64,000 nt of DNA from positions 4,064,001 through 4,128,000 of the forward strand of contig CAVWLP010000002.1 of the NCBI GenBank assembly GCA_963755915.1. Reading direction: 5' to 3'. Of the stretch, positions 10,476-21,643 are shown in pieces. The notes under the pieces were generated by a model. That model was not told where the DNA came from, ran no database searches, and saw nothing but the letters and a program-made list of their open reading frames with translations. Position 1 is the first letter of the stretch; every line of letters starts with the position of its first letter. The stretch comes from an uncultured Phycisphaerales bacterium (GTDB lineage: Bacteria; Planctomycetota; Phycisphaerae; Tepidisphaerales; Tepidisphaeraceae). Made by a program: the position numbers and the translations under genes.

Positions 10476-13242
10476 ATGTCCGAACCTTCCATCCGTCAGA
10501 TCGCTTTGCTGGAATCGGATTGGAAGTTCCATCTCGGCGACGTGGCGAATCCCGTCGCCAATAACCACATCTCGGCATACATGGCAAACAAGGCCGGGTG
10601 GGCCGGCGGCGCCGCCAGGCCCGATTTTGACGATTCGGATTGGCCCTCGGTGGCTTTACCGCACGACTGGTCGGTGGAAGGGCGGTTCGACCCGCAAAAC
10701 CATGTCGACAATGGATTTCTGCCGCGCGGGATCGCCTGGTATCGCAGGTATTTTCGCCTTGAGCCTTCCGATCGGGGAAGATATCTCGCCCTGCAATTCG
10801 ACGGCGTGGCGACGCACTGCACTGTCGCGGTCAACGGGCATGTGCTGCATCGCAATTTCTGCGGCTACACCCCGTTCACGGTCGACTTCACCGATGTCGC
10901 CAACTTCGGCGAGGAATTAAACGTCGTCGCCGTCAGGGTCGACGCCAACGCAATCGAGGGATGGTGGTACGAAGGAGCGGGAATTTATCGCGATGTGCGC
11001 CTGATCAAAACGTCGCGGCTTCACATCGACACGTTTGGCATTTTCGTTTGCCCGCGCAGAATCGCCGGCGACCGATGGGCTACCAATATCGAAACCACGC
11101 TGGTTAATGCTTCCGATGTCCAGACGAATTGCAAGGTGATCTGGACGATCGAGGACTCGGATGGGAAAACCATCGCCCGACGCGGCGAAGAGGCCACGCT
11201 CGCGCCGCGCACCTCGCGGACGGTGGCCGCGGAGATTGAAATCAACAACCCGCGGCTTTGGTCCCTTGAAACACCGCATCTTTATGTTTTGAAAACCCTG
11301 GTAACGGAAGATGGACGCGACGCGGACGACGACGAGGTCCATTTCGGATATCGCACCATTCGATTCGATCCCGATCTCGGCTTCTTTCTCAATGATGCGC
11401 CGGTGAAACTCGTAGGAACGTGCAACCATCAGGACCACGCCGGCGTCGGAGTTGCCGTGCCGGATTCGATCCAGGAATTTCGAATTCGCCGGCTCCTGGA
11501 AATGGGCACCAACGCCTACCGATGCGCACAACCCGCCGTCGACCTCTCTGCTCGATGCATGCGATCGACTTGGCATGCTCGTCATGGACGAGAACCGCAA
11601 TTTCGGTAGTTCACCGGAGCACCTGAGCCAGCTTCGGACAATGGTGCGGCGCGACCGCAATCATCCATCCGTCATTTTGTGGTCGATTTGCAACGAAGAA
11701 GCGATTCAAGGGACGGCCGTCGGCGCTAACATCGCCAAGACCATGCAGCAGGAGATCCGGCAGCTCGATTCCTCCCGCCCGGTAACGGCGGCCGTAAGCG
11801 GCGGAATTCTAAACGAAAACGCCATCGCCAGCGTCGTTGAGATCATGGGAATCAACTATCAACTCCCGCAGCACGATCAGTATCACGCGAAATATCCCCA
11901 CGTTCCACTGGTCGCTTCCGAAACACATTGCGTGCTCTCCACGCGTGGGACGTATGAAACGAATCCCCACGAGTACACGTTTGCCTCCTACGACTCAGAG
12001 GTTGCCACTTGGGGCGCGACGGCCAGGAAAACTTGGGAATATGTTCTGGCCCGTCCCTTTGTCGCCGGCGCGTTTATTTGGACGGGGTTCGATTACCGCG
12101 GCGAGCCCACGCCCCACGAATGGCCCTGCGTGAATTCGCATTTCGGGATCATGGACACCTGCGGTTTCGCCAAGGACGCCTTCTTTTTTCACAAGGCGCT
12201 GTTTGCATCGCAAAGTTTCCTGCACGTTTTTCCCCACTGGAACTGGCTCGGCCGGGAAGGCAAGCCGATCAAGGTCGTGGCCTACTTAAACTGCCCCTGG
12301 GCCGAACTCTTTCTCAACGGCCAATCGCTCGGCAGGCGGCAAGTTGACCCGATGCGAACGGCAACCTGGGAAGTTCCGTATCAGCCGGGCGCGTTGACCG
12401 TCGTTGCGTCCGACTCTGAAGCTCCGGCGCAGTTTTCCACGACCGTAAAAACGACAGGACTTCCAACCATCCTCGGATTGGAAATCCATCCGACGTTCAA
12501 CGCAGCCACGATCCCGGCCAACGGGCGTTTTGCCATCCCCATAACCGTCTTTGCAACGGATGCCGAGGGAAATCGCGTTCCAACGGCGGCCAATTTTGTG
12601 ACCTTCTCTTTGAGCGGACCGGCGAAAATCCTTGGCGTGGGAAATGGCGACCCGACCTGCCATGAGCCGGACAAGGCATCGGCTCGAAGTCTATTTCGCG
12701 GCTTGGCGCAAGTTATTCTGCAAACTTCGACCACGCCCGGTGAAATCGAATTGACCGCTGCCGCCGATGGCCTGAGCCCGGCGCTCTTGCGTTTCAAATC
12801 CGCCACCGCCGACCCTGGCCTGATCGTTCCCATCGCGAAGATGCGATATTTTGTATCGAATTGGCGGATAAGCCCGATCACAATCGCGCGCCCCGACATC
12901 CGGCAGCCCGCGATGGACAAGGACGTCAACAGTTGGGATCGAATCAATCCCAGCGCCGGCCCGCAGGAGGCCTGGACCCGGGCATCTGGATACGCGATTT
13001 ATCGCACCACCTGCAAACCGCGGAAAATTCTTCAAGCGACCGGAGGCCGCGTGGTTTTTCGCGAGATCATTGGAGAGGCCGAGGCGTTCATCGATGGCGC
13101 CATGGCCGGACGAAAATCGAATGCGGCGCCGGGCGAGCTGACCATTTCTTTTCCGCCGGGAATCGAGCGTTTTGTGCTTTCGCTGATCGTTCGCGCCAGC
13201 AGCTCGCCTGCGGGCGTGACCAAGAGTGTCGAGATAATTTAG
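10476..13242 (+). CDS. GH2 beta-galactosidase-like glycosidase (frameshift ~11530)
   Basis: 'LPHDW', 'GIAWYRR', 'WWYEGAGIYRDV', 'GTCNHQDHAGVG', 'RDRNHPSVILWSICNEE', 'WTGFDYRGEPTP', 'GVGNGDP'. 'RCA|HNPP' is broken by a short deletion. Confidence 0.9.
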
Positions 13243-14088
13243 ATGCGATGATCCTGCCGATATTGCCGCGGCGACACCCCGCAGGCGCGGCGGAAGGCGC
13301 TGTTGAATCGGCTGATCGACCCGAAGCCCGAGCTTAACGCAACGGAAAGAATCTTTTTGTCCGTCGTCGCCAGCAGCCGCTGGGCATGGGATATGCGGTG
13401 TTGGCCCACGTAATCGGTCACGGTCGTGCAAAAGACGCGCTTGAAAAGGCTCATGGCATAGTTGGGATGCAGGCGGACCGATTGGCTGATGCGCTCAACG
13501 CTGAGCCGTTCGAGATAATGCTGGGCGATGAAGCAGGCCATCTGCTCGGCCTTGGTGAGGCGCTGCGCCCTCCAGTGCTCCATGCCGCGCGGCAGTGGCC
13601 GCTTTGTCCCGCCGTGGCAGGCTTGAAGCCAGGCGCAACAGCCTCGCTTCAAGTTCCAGCATCATCACCCGCCGCCCCGGTCCCTCGGCGCACTTCAGGT
13701 CGCCGATCCATCGCCGGAATAGCTCCGCATCGGCCGAACCATTCTCTTTCGACGCGCTCTGGAGAACCTGTCCATGAAGAATCGGCTGCACCAGACGATC
13801 GTCGAATCCGCACTGCAGAAACCACGCCAGGGGCAGCGTCGCAACGAAATAATTATGCCGCCCGGCGATATCGATGATCTGATGCGGAATCGCCGCCCAG
13901 AACACCGCCAGGCGGTGCGCCTCGATCTTCACCTTGCGGCCGCCCAGCAGGTAGGTAATCGATCCATGCTCCAGCAGGTTCAGCTCGATTTCGTTGTGGC
14001 GATCCGGCCGGCGCATCAGCGAAGGTGTCCATCGCTGGCAGGTGAGGCCGTATGGCGCGAAATCGGGCCGGCGCGGATCGAAATGCAT
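13239..14088 (-). CDS. AraC-family transcriptional regulator (MelR-like; frameshift ~13600)
   Basis: Cupin N-terminus 'HNEIELN...FWAAIPHQ' and C-terminal HTH 'LHPNYAMSLFK...RISHAQRLL...VALSSGFGSISRFNSAFRR..G.SPRQYR'. Divergent from the isomerase operon. Confidence 0.9.
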
Positions 14089-14199
14089 CGCACCTTAGGA
14101 TACAGGCATATTTGATGCGAAAATAGGTAGAAATCACCTGAATCTACGGTAAACTCGATCGCAAATCACTCATTCGCTTTCTTTTGGCGAGGGAAAACC

Positions 14200-15614
14200 A
14201 TGGCGAAAACGTCCTCCGTCGCACTTGGCGTCATCATCGGAAACCGCGATTTCTTTCCCGATGTGCTCGTGGGAGAGGCGCGAAAGGAAATCGGCAAACT
14301 GCTTCAAGAATCGCAGATCGATGCGGTCATGCTCTCCCCGGAGCAAACGAAGCTCGGCGGGGTCGAGACCTATTCCGATGCCCGAAAGTGCGCCGATCTC
14401 TTTTCCGAAAATCGGCGTCGAATCGACGGCGTCCTGGTCGTTCTGCCCAACTTCGGCGACGAGAAGGGCGTAGCCGATACGCTGAAGCTCGCGCGCCTCA
14501 ACGTCCCGGTGCTTATCCAGGCCTATCCGGACGATCTCAACGCCCTCGGCGTTGCGCGGCGGCGCGATGCGTTTTGCGGCAAAATTTCCGTCTGCAACAA
14601 CCTCAATCAGGCCCGCATTCCCTTCACCCTTACGCAAAAGCACGTCGTTCAGCCCAGCGATCCGTCCTTCAAAAGCGACCTGGCCCAGTTCGTCGCGGTA
14701 TGCCGGGTTGTCAAAGGCCTTCGCTCAGCGCGGTTCGGCGCCGTCGGCGCGCGGCCCGGTGCGTTCAATACCGTCCGCTATAGCGAGAAAATCCTCGAGC
14801 GCTACGGCATCAGCGTCACCACCGTCGATCTCTCGGAAATTCTCGGCAAGGCCGAGAAGCTGGGGCCGGGCGACGCGCCCGTGAAAGCCAAGCTGGCCGA
14901 GATCAAGGATTATGCACCGTCGGTGGGCGTCCCCCCGGAGAAAATCGTGCAGATGGCCAAACTTGGCGTGGTTCTCGACGATTTCGTCGCCGCCAACGAC
15001 CTGGACAGCACCGCCATTCAATGCTGGACCAGCCTTCAGCAGAACTACGGCTGCAACGCCTGCACGTGTATGAGCATCATGTCGCAGAAACTCATGCCCA
15101 GCGCCTGCGAGACCGACATCACCGGCGCACTTCGATGCACGCCCTCTCGCTGGCTTCGCAACAGCCCAGCGCCCTGGTCGATTGGAACAACAATTACGGC
15201 GACGATGAGGATAAATGCGTTTTGTTTCATTGCGGCAACTGGCCGATCGGGTTCGCGCCCGACACCAAGATCGCCAACGCGCCGATCCTCGGCAGCACCC
15301 TCGGCGTTGAAAACACCTACGGCGCGATGGAAGGACGCGCGCCTGCCGGTCCGTTGACGTATGCCCGCTTCACGACCGACGATGCCAACGGCGTGATTCG
15401 CGGATACGCCGGCCAGGGCACCCTCACCAGCGACGCCCTGGAAACCTTCGGCCAGCGCGCGGTGGCCAAGATCCCCCGTCTACAATCGCTCCTGCGGCAC
15501 GTATGCCTCGAAGGATTCGAGCATCACGTCGCCGTCAACCCCTCGCATACCGCCGGCGTAATTGTGGAAGCCTGCGGGCGATATCTGGGCTGGGAAATGC
15601 ATCATCACGCCTGA
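14200..15614 (+). CDS. L-fucose/L-arabinose isomerase family protein (candidate D-apiose isomerase; frameshift ~15135)
   Basis: 'LPNFGDEK', 'RRDAFCGKISVCNNL', 'AIQCW', 'ACETD', 'LFHCGN', 'GFEHHVA'. First gene of the transketolase/kinase operon; RBS 'gaggga' upstream. Confidence 0.8.
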
Positions 15615-15632
15615 TTTTCAGCGGCCATTGCC

Positions 15633-16475
15633 ATGAGCATGACTGACGCGCAACTTGCACTCAAAAGTATTTCCTACCGCCGGCGCATTCTCGAAATCAT
15701 CCGCCACGCCGGCGCCGGGCACACCGGCGGAAGCCTTTCCTGCATCGATATCCTCAGCGTTTTGTACAACCGCATCTTGCGGGTTTCTCCGCAAACATTT
15801 GGCGACGCCCAGCGCGACCGTTATATCCAGAGCAAGGGGCATTCGGTTGAGGCGTTGTATGTCGTGCTCGCCGACCGCGGATTTTTCCCCCGCGAGCAGC
15901 TCGATACGCTCTGCGCGTATCAATCGCACTTCGTCGGCCATCCGACACGCAAGGTTCCCGGGATCGAGCAAAACACCGGCGCACTCGGGCACGGTTTGCC
16001 CATCGCCGTCGGAACGGCCATCGCCGGGAAGATGGATCACGCCGCGTTCCGGGTTTTCGTCCTTCTCGGAGATGGCGAGCTTGCCGAAGGATCGAATTGG
16101 GAAGCGGCGATGGCCGCCGCCCATTATCGGCTCGATAACCTCATCGCGATCGTCGATCACAACACGCTGCAAATCACCGGCCGCACGCGCGATGTCTGCT
16201 CCAACGAACCGCTTGACGAAAAGTTCCGCGCTTTCGGGTGGACCGTAAAAACCGTCGATGGCCATTCGATTTCGCGGCTCACCGAGGCTCTGACCAGCAC
16301 GGATTCCACCGGCAAACCCCTGGTGGTGATCGCCAACACCATCAAAGGCAAGGGCGTGAGCTTCATGGAAGACGTGGCGAAATGGCACCACGGCGTGCCC
16401 ACAGATGCGGAGTTTGCGGCGGCGATCAAGGAATTGGACGCCGCCCTTGCCGCCGCGGAAAAGGCGGTCCAATGA
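15633..16475 (+). CDS. Transketolase N-terminal subunit (AptA-like, apulose-4-phosphate transketolase candidate)
   Basis: 'GHTGGSLS', 'DRYIQSKGH', 'TGALGHGL', ThDP motif 'GDGELAEGSNWEA...N', 'TIKGKG...WHH'. Confidence 0.9.
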   Translation: MSMTDAQLALKSISYRRRILEIIRHAGAGHTGGSLSCIDILSVLYNRILRVSPQTFGDAQRDRYIQSKGHSVEALYVVLADRGFFPREQLDTLCAYQSHFVGHPTRKVPGIEQNTGALGHGLPIAVGTAIAGKMDHAAFRVFVLLGDGELAEGSNWEAAMAAAHYRLDNLIAIVDHNTLQITGRTRDVCSNEPLDEKFRAFGWTVKTVDGHSISRLTEALTSTDSTGKPLVVIANTIKGKGVSFMEDVAKWHHGVPTDAEFAAAIKELDAALAAAEKAVQ

Positions 16476-17470
16476 GCGCTGCGGCCCCGTCCATGTTTAG
16501 CCCAGCCGCTGCCGCAATGGCTGCGCGATTGGGCCTGAAACTCGGCCGCCCCAATCTCGAGGAGTTCGGCGCCACGCTCCTCAAACTCGCAACCGAAAAC
16601 CCCCAGATCGTCGCCGTCACCAGCGACTCCCGCGGTTCGGGCAAGCTCGTCAATTTCGGCTCGGCGCTTCCGACCCAGTTGGTCGAACTTGGTATCGCTG
16701 AGCAGAACCTCGTCGCTGTTTCGGCCGGCCTCTCGTCGGTCGGCAAGATCGTTTTTGCCGTCTCCCCCGCTTGTTTTCTCACCGCCCGGGCCCTCGAACA
16801 AATAAAAAATGACGTCGCCTATTCAAACAACCCGGTGAAGTTGATCGGCATCAGCGCCGGCGTCAGCTACGGCGCGCTGGGATCGACCCACCATTCGCTG
16901 CACGATCTGGCCGCCCTGCGGGCCATCAACAACATCGAAATCGTCGTGCCCGCGGATAATTTCGAAGCCCGTGAGTCGATCAAAATTGCCGCCGCACATC
17001 CGCGCCCGATGTTTATCCGCTTCGGCAAGGCGTCGCTCTACGATTTAACTCAGACCCAGCAGGGCTTTGAAATCGGCAAAGCCCGGCTCATTCGGGACGG
17101 ATCCGACATCGCATTCATCGCCACCGGCGAAACCGTCATTCACGCGCTTCTGGCCGCGGGCGCTTTGGCGGATGAGGGGATCTCCTGCCGGGTCGTGAGC
17201 ATGCACACGATCAAACCGCTGGATCACCAGGCGATTCTCGACGCGGCAAACCGTTGCGCGGCCATCATCACCGTCGAAGAGCACAGCGTTTTCGGCGGCC
17301 TCGGCGAAGCCTGCGCGGCCGTGCTCCTTCAGGCGAACGCTGCCCCGCGGTTCAAAATCGTCGGAATTCCCGACGAATACACCGTCACCGGCAGCCAGGC
17401 CGACATCTTCCGCCACTATGGCATCGCCATGGAAGCATTGGCAACGCTGGCACGAAATCTCCTGCGCTGA
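16472..17470 (+). CDS. Transketolase C-terminal subunit (AptB-like)
   Basis: ATGA overlap with the upstream gene; 'ELGIAEQN', 'RALEQIKNDVAY', 'GSTHHSLHD', 'TIKPLD', 'VEEHSVFGGLG'. Confidence 0.9.
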   Translation: MSAAAPSMFSPAAAAMAARLGLKLGRPNLEEFGATLLKLATENPQIVAVTSDSRGSGKLVNFGSALPTQLVELGIAEQNLVAVSAGLSSVGKIVFAVSPACFLTARALEQIKNDVAYSNNPVKLIGISAGVSYGALGSTHHSLHDLAALRAINNIEIVVPADNFEARESIKIAAAHPRPMFIRFGKASLYDLTQTQQGFEIGKARLIRDGSDIAFIATGETVIHALLAAGALADEGISCRVVSMHTIKPLDHQAILDAANRCAAIITVEEHSVFGGLGEACAAVLLQANAAPRFKIVGIPDEYTVTGSQADIFRHYGIAMEALATLARNLLR

Positions 17471-17479
17471 GGCAGCAAA

Positions 17480-18968
17480 ATGGCTCATCTACTGGCCATC
17501 GATCAAAGCACTTCCGCCACCAAGGCAATCCTTTACGACCCCCTCGGCAACCTGGTCGACAAGGCGTCGATCGAACACCGCCAGTTCTACCCCCAGCCGG
17601 GCTTCGTTGAGCATGACGCGGGCGAAATATGGAACAACACGCTGGCGGCGATCAATTCACTCTCCGAACGCGCCGGCGACAGTCTCCGAGATGCCTCCTG
17701 CCTGAGCATCACCAATCAGAGAGAAACCTTTGTGGTTTTCGATCGCGCCACCGGCCAGCCGTTGCATCCGGCTATCGTCTGGCAATGCCGGCGCAGTGAT
17801 GAAATCTGTGAAGAACTTCGAGGCGCCGACACCGGCGAAATTGTCCCCCGCAAAACCGGGCTCAGGATCAATTCTTACTTCTCCGCCCCCAAGCTCGCCT
17901 GGCTGATCCGCAACCGGCCCGATATCGCCGCGAAGCTGGCCGCCGGCGAAGCGCTTGTCGGGACCATCGACGCTTACCTGATTTACCGTCTGACCGCCGG
18001 CAAAACCTTCGCCACCGATCACACCAATGCAAGTCGTACCCTGCTCTATGATATTCTGGGCCTGCGCTGGGATGAAGAATTATGCGCGATCTTCGGCGTC
18101 CCGATGCGCTGCCTGCCGGAAGTGCGCGACAGCTCCGCGGAATTTGGCACAACCGACGCGCGCGGAATCCTGGGCAAACCCATTCCAATCTGCGGCGTGA
18201 TTGGCGACTCTCAGGCGTCGCTGGTGGCGCACCAATGTTTGCAGCAGGGAATGGCAAAGGTCACGCTCGGCAGCGGCGCATCGGTTCTTTTGAACATCGG
18301 ATCTTCGCATCGCGCCGCTGGCGAGGGCGCGGTTTCCACCATCGCCTGGACCCATCACGGCAAGCCGGTTTACTGCTTCGAGGGAATCATCAATTATGCC
18401 GCCGGAACGATCGCTTGGCTGAAGGACCAGTTGGGATTAATTCAAACCGCCGAGGAAACCGAAACCCTTGCGCAGCAAGTGCCCGACAACGCGGGCGTAT
18501 ATTTCATTCCCGCCTTCGCTGGGCTTGGTGCGCCCTATTGGGCCCCGCGGGTGCGGGCGGCGATTGTCGGGTTGACGTCGCATTCCAATCGCAATCACGT
18601 CGTGCGGGCGGCGGTCGAATCGATCGCCTACCAGGTCTGCGATGTCCTGGAAATGATGCAAACCCGTTCCGGCGTAAACCTGCGGACCTTGCGCGCCGAT
18701 GGCGGCGCCAGCCGCAATAAGTTCCTGATGCAGTTCATGGCCGATATCAGCGGGCTCGAGGTGGTCGCCGCGCCGATTGCCGAGTGCTCGCCCCTCGGAG
18801 CCGCGCTTCTGCGCACTCGGGATGGGACTGTTCGCCTCGATGGACGACATCTCGCGCCTCCCATTTGCTGGGCTGAAATATCAACCCTTGATGCCCAAAG
18901 GTCGGGCCGAGGCCTTTCGGCTCGGCTGGAAAAACGCCGTGAAACAGCAATTGGCTGGAATCGAATGA
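17480..18968 (+). CDS. FGGY/glycerol kinase-like sugar kinase (candidate apulose kinase; frameshift ~18810)
   Basis: 'LAIDQSTSATKA', 'ITNQRET', 'AIVWQCRR', 'TDHTNASRT', 'GLGAPYW', 'ADGGAS.N..LMQF.AD'. The true C-terminus lies in ORF 18777..18968 ('ALGMG...GWKNAV'). Confidence 0.88.
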
Positions 18969-21643
18969 ATTCCCATTTCCGTCCCCCTGCGCTTCGCTGT
19001 GAATACCGCGCGGAGCCTCTGGGCATCGACACGCCGGCTCCACGATTCAGTTGGCAAATCGATGCCGATTCGCATCGGCTGGGCGGGAAACAGATCGCGT
19101 ATCAAATTCTCGTCGCCTCATCGCGCGATCTTCTCGACGCAAATGTCGGCGATCTTTGGAACCCCGGCAAAGTCTGCTCGTCCCAATCGTTCAGCATCCC
19201 CTATCAGGGCCGCACCCTCTCTTCCGCCGAGCAGGCTTGGTGGAAGGTTCAAATCTGGGACGAAACCGCCGCGTCGGAATGGAGCGACCCAGCCGCCTTC
19301 ACAATGGGATTGCTAAATGCATCCGATTGGATCGCGAATTGGATCACAACCGATCCGCAAACATACGTCTCGAAATCCCTCCCCATATTTCGCAGAGAAT
19401 TCACCCTGGAAGCGATCCCGGCCCGGGCCCTGATATTCGTCTGCGGCCTGGGGCATTTCAAATTACGCATCAACGGACAAACCGCCGGCGAAAACGTCCT
19501 CGATCCCGGCTGGACGAATTATTCGAAGACGTGCTTGTACGTCACCCACGACGTAACTTCGCTCCTTCGCACCGGTTCCAATGTGCTGGGGATGATGCTC
19601 GGCAACGGGATGTTTAACGTCGTGGGGGGGCGCTACAAGAAATTCAAGGGCTCGTTCGGACCGCCAAAATTCATCCTGCAGATGCTCTTGACCTTTCCGG
19701 ACGGCACCACGCGGACAATCATCAGCGATGAATCATGGAAGTGTTCCCCAGGCCCCATCACCTTCAGTTGCATCTACGGCGGAGAGGACTCCGACGCCCG
19801 CGACAACCCAACCGGCTGGGATATGCCGAATTGTGCCGGCAACGGATGGTCGCAGGCCGCGCTCACATCCGGTCCGGGCGGCACGTTGCGATCACAAACG
19901 GCCCCTCCAGTAAGAGTCATGAAAACATTTCGTCCCGTCCGGATTTCCAGTCCCGCGGCCGATCTGGCCGTTTACGACCTGGGCCAAAACTTTTCCGGCT
20001 GGCCGCGGATTAAGACCACGGGCCAACCCGGATCGAAAATCGAACTAATCCCCGGCGAACTGCTCGACGCCTCCGGCCGCGTTTCCCAGCGCTCCTGCGG
20101 AAGCCCCATATCATTCTCTTGCACCAGCGCCGGCAAACCCCAATCGTGGCATCCCGAATTCAGCTTTACCGGCTTCAGATTTATCGAAGCCCGGGGCGAC
20201 GTGGCCGCGATCGAAGAACTCGAAGGCCAGTTCGTTCATTCATTCGCCGCCGCCGCGGGATCGTTTAGTTGTTCCAACCCGCTTTTCAACCAGATCCATG
20301 AACTGATTAACGCCGCCATTGCTAGCAACATGCAAAGCGTGCTCACCGATTGCCCTCACCGCGAAAAACTCGGCTGGCTGGAACAATCGCACCTGATGGG
20401 GCCTGCCATCATGTTCAACTACGACGTGCCCCTGCTTTACGCCAAGATATGCGCCGATATGCGCGAGGCGCAGCAGGGCGATGGGTGCGTCCCGACGATT
20501 GCCCCGGAATACACCAAATTCACCGGTCAATACGCCGATTTCAGCAATTCCCCCGAATGGGGCAGCGCCGCGGTCATCAATCCCTGGCTCACTTTTCAGC
20601 AATATGGAGACGTTCAAATTCTCCGTGACAATTTCGACATGATGCGGCGGTACGTGCAATATCTTGATCGCCGCGCACAGGACGGCATCATCGACTTTGG
20701 TCTGGGCGATTGGTACGACATCGGCCCGGGCGATCCGGGCTATTCCAAGCTCACCACCAAAGCCCTGACCGGAACCGCCTTCTACTTTTTGGATCTTCAA
20801 ATACTCGCGAAGGTGGCCCTCCTGCTGGGCGATGCCACCGAGTCCCAATTATGCGCCGAGCGCGCAAATGAGGTTCGCCGCGCGTTTCAGGCCCGGTTCT
20901 TCGACCCCCGGGCCGGCCATTACGATCGAAACAGCCAGACCGCCAACGCAATGGCCCTCGCCCTTGGTTTGGCCGACCCGGGCGATGCGCCGCGCGTTCT
21001 CGATAGCCTGATCGCCGACATTCGCGCACGCGAGAATCACATCACGGCAGGGGACATCGGATTTCGATTCGTCCTGGACGCGTTAAGCGAAGCGAATCGA
21101 TCCGACGTAATCTTCGACATCCTCTCGCGCACCGATTCCCCCAGCTACGGCGCCCAACTCCGCGCCGGCGCAACATCCCTCACCGAAGCCTGGGACGCCA
21201 ATCCCGCGAAATCGCAGAATCATTTGATGCTCGGCCATGCCGAACAATGGTTCTATCAGTCCCTGGCCGGGATTCGTCTGGACATGTCCCTGAGCGGCGC
21301 CGATCGGCTGGTAATTCGTCCGGCGATCGTCGGCGATATTTCCTGGGCCGAGGCGGATTACGACTCCATCCTCGGGCGCATCCGCTGCCGCTGGGAGCGG
21401 CGAGATCACGGTCTCGATTTGTCGGTCGAAATTCCATTCAACAGCAGCGCCACGATCTATCTGCCCGCACCGTACGGAACACGGATATTTGAATCCGGCC
21501 GTCCAATCGCCGATATGTCCAATGTTAAACTCAAAAATCTGGACCGCGAGGTCGCTATAATAATCGCTGACGCCGGCAAATATTCGTTCGAGTCGCGATG
21601 GAATGCCCACCACAGAAACATCCCCACGAACCACGCCGACTAA
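18965..21643 (+). CDS. GH78 alpha-L-rhamnosidase
   Basis: ATGA overlap with the kinase stop; 'LRCEYRAEPLGIDTPAPRFSW', 'YDLGQNFSG', 'TDCPHREKLGW', 'GDWY', 'GATSLTEAW...SQNH'. No signal peptide. Confidence 0.92.
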   Translation: MNSHFRPPALRCEYRAEPLGIDTPAPRFSWQIDADSHRLGGKQIAYQILVASSRDLLDANVGDLWNPGKVCSSQSFSIPYQGRTLSSAEQAWWKVQIWDETAASEWSDPAAFTMGLLNASDWIANWITTDPQTYVSKSLPIFRREFTLEAIPARALIFVCGLGHFKLRINGQTAGENVLDPGWTNYSKTCLYVTHDVTSLLRTGSNVLGMMLGNGMFNVVGGRYKKFKGSFGPPKFILQMLLTFPDGTTRTIISDESWKCSPGPITFSCIYGGEDSDARDNPTGWDMPNCAGNGWSQAALTSGPGGTLRSQTAPPVRVMKTFRPVRISSPAADLAVYDLGQNFSGWPRIKTTGQPGSKIELIPGELLDASGRVSQRSCGSPISFSCTSAGKPQSWHPEFSFTGFRFIEARGDVAAIEELEGQFVHSFAAAAGSFSCSNPLFNQIHELINAAIASNMQSVLTDCPHREKLGWLEQSHLMGPAIMFNYDVPLLYAKICADMREAQQGDGCVPTIAPEYTKFTGQYADFSNSPEWGSAAVINPWLTFQQYGDVQILRDNFDMMRRYVQYLDRRAQDGIIDFGLGDWYDIGPGDPGYSKLTTKALTGTAFYFLDLQILAKVALLLGDATESQLCAERANEVRRAFQARFFDPRAGHYDRNSQTANAMALALGLADPGDAPRVLDSLIADIRARENHITAGDIGFRFVLDALSEANRSDVIFDILSRTDSPSYGAQLRAGATSLTEAWDANPAKSQNHLMLGHAEQWFYQSLAGIRLDMSLSGADRLVIRPAIVGDISWAEADYDSILGRIRCRWERRDHGLDLSVEIPFNSSATIYLPAPYGTRIFESGRPIADMSNVKLKNLDREVAIIIADAGKYSFESRWNAHHRNIPTNHAD

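Noticed and set aside
17480-21643. Apparent 1387-aa kinase-rhamnosidase fusion
   Set aside because: A frameshift near 18810 creates it. The kinase C-terminus is in another frame ending at TGA 18968, which overlaps the GH78 ATG at 18965.
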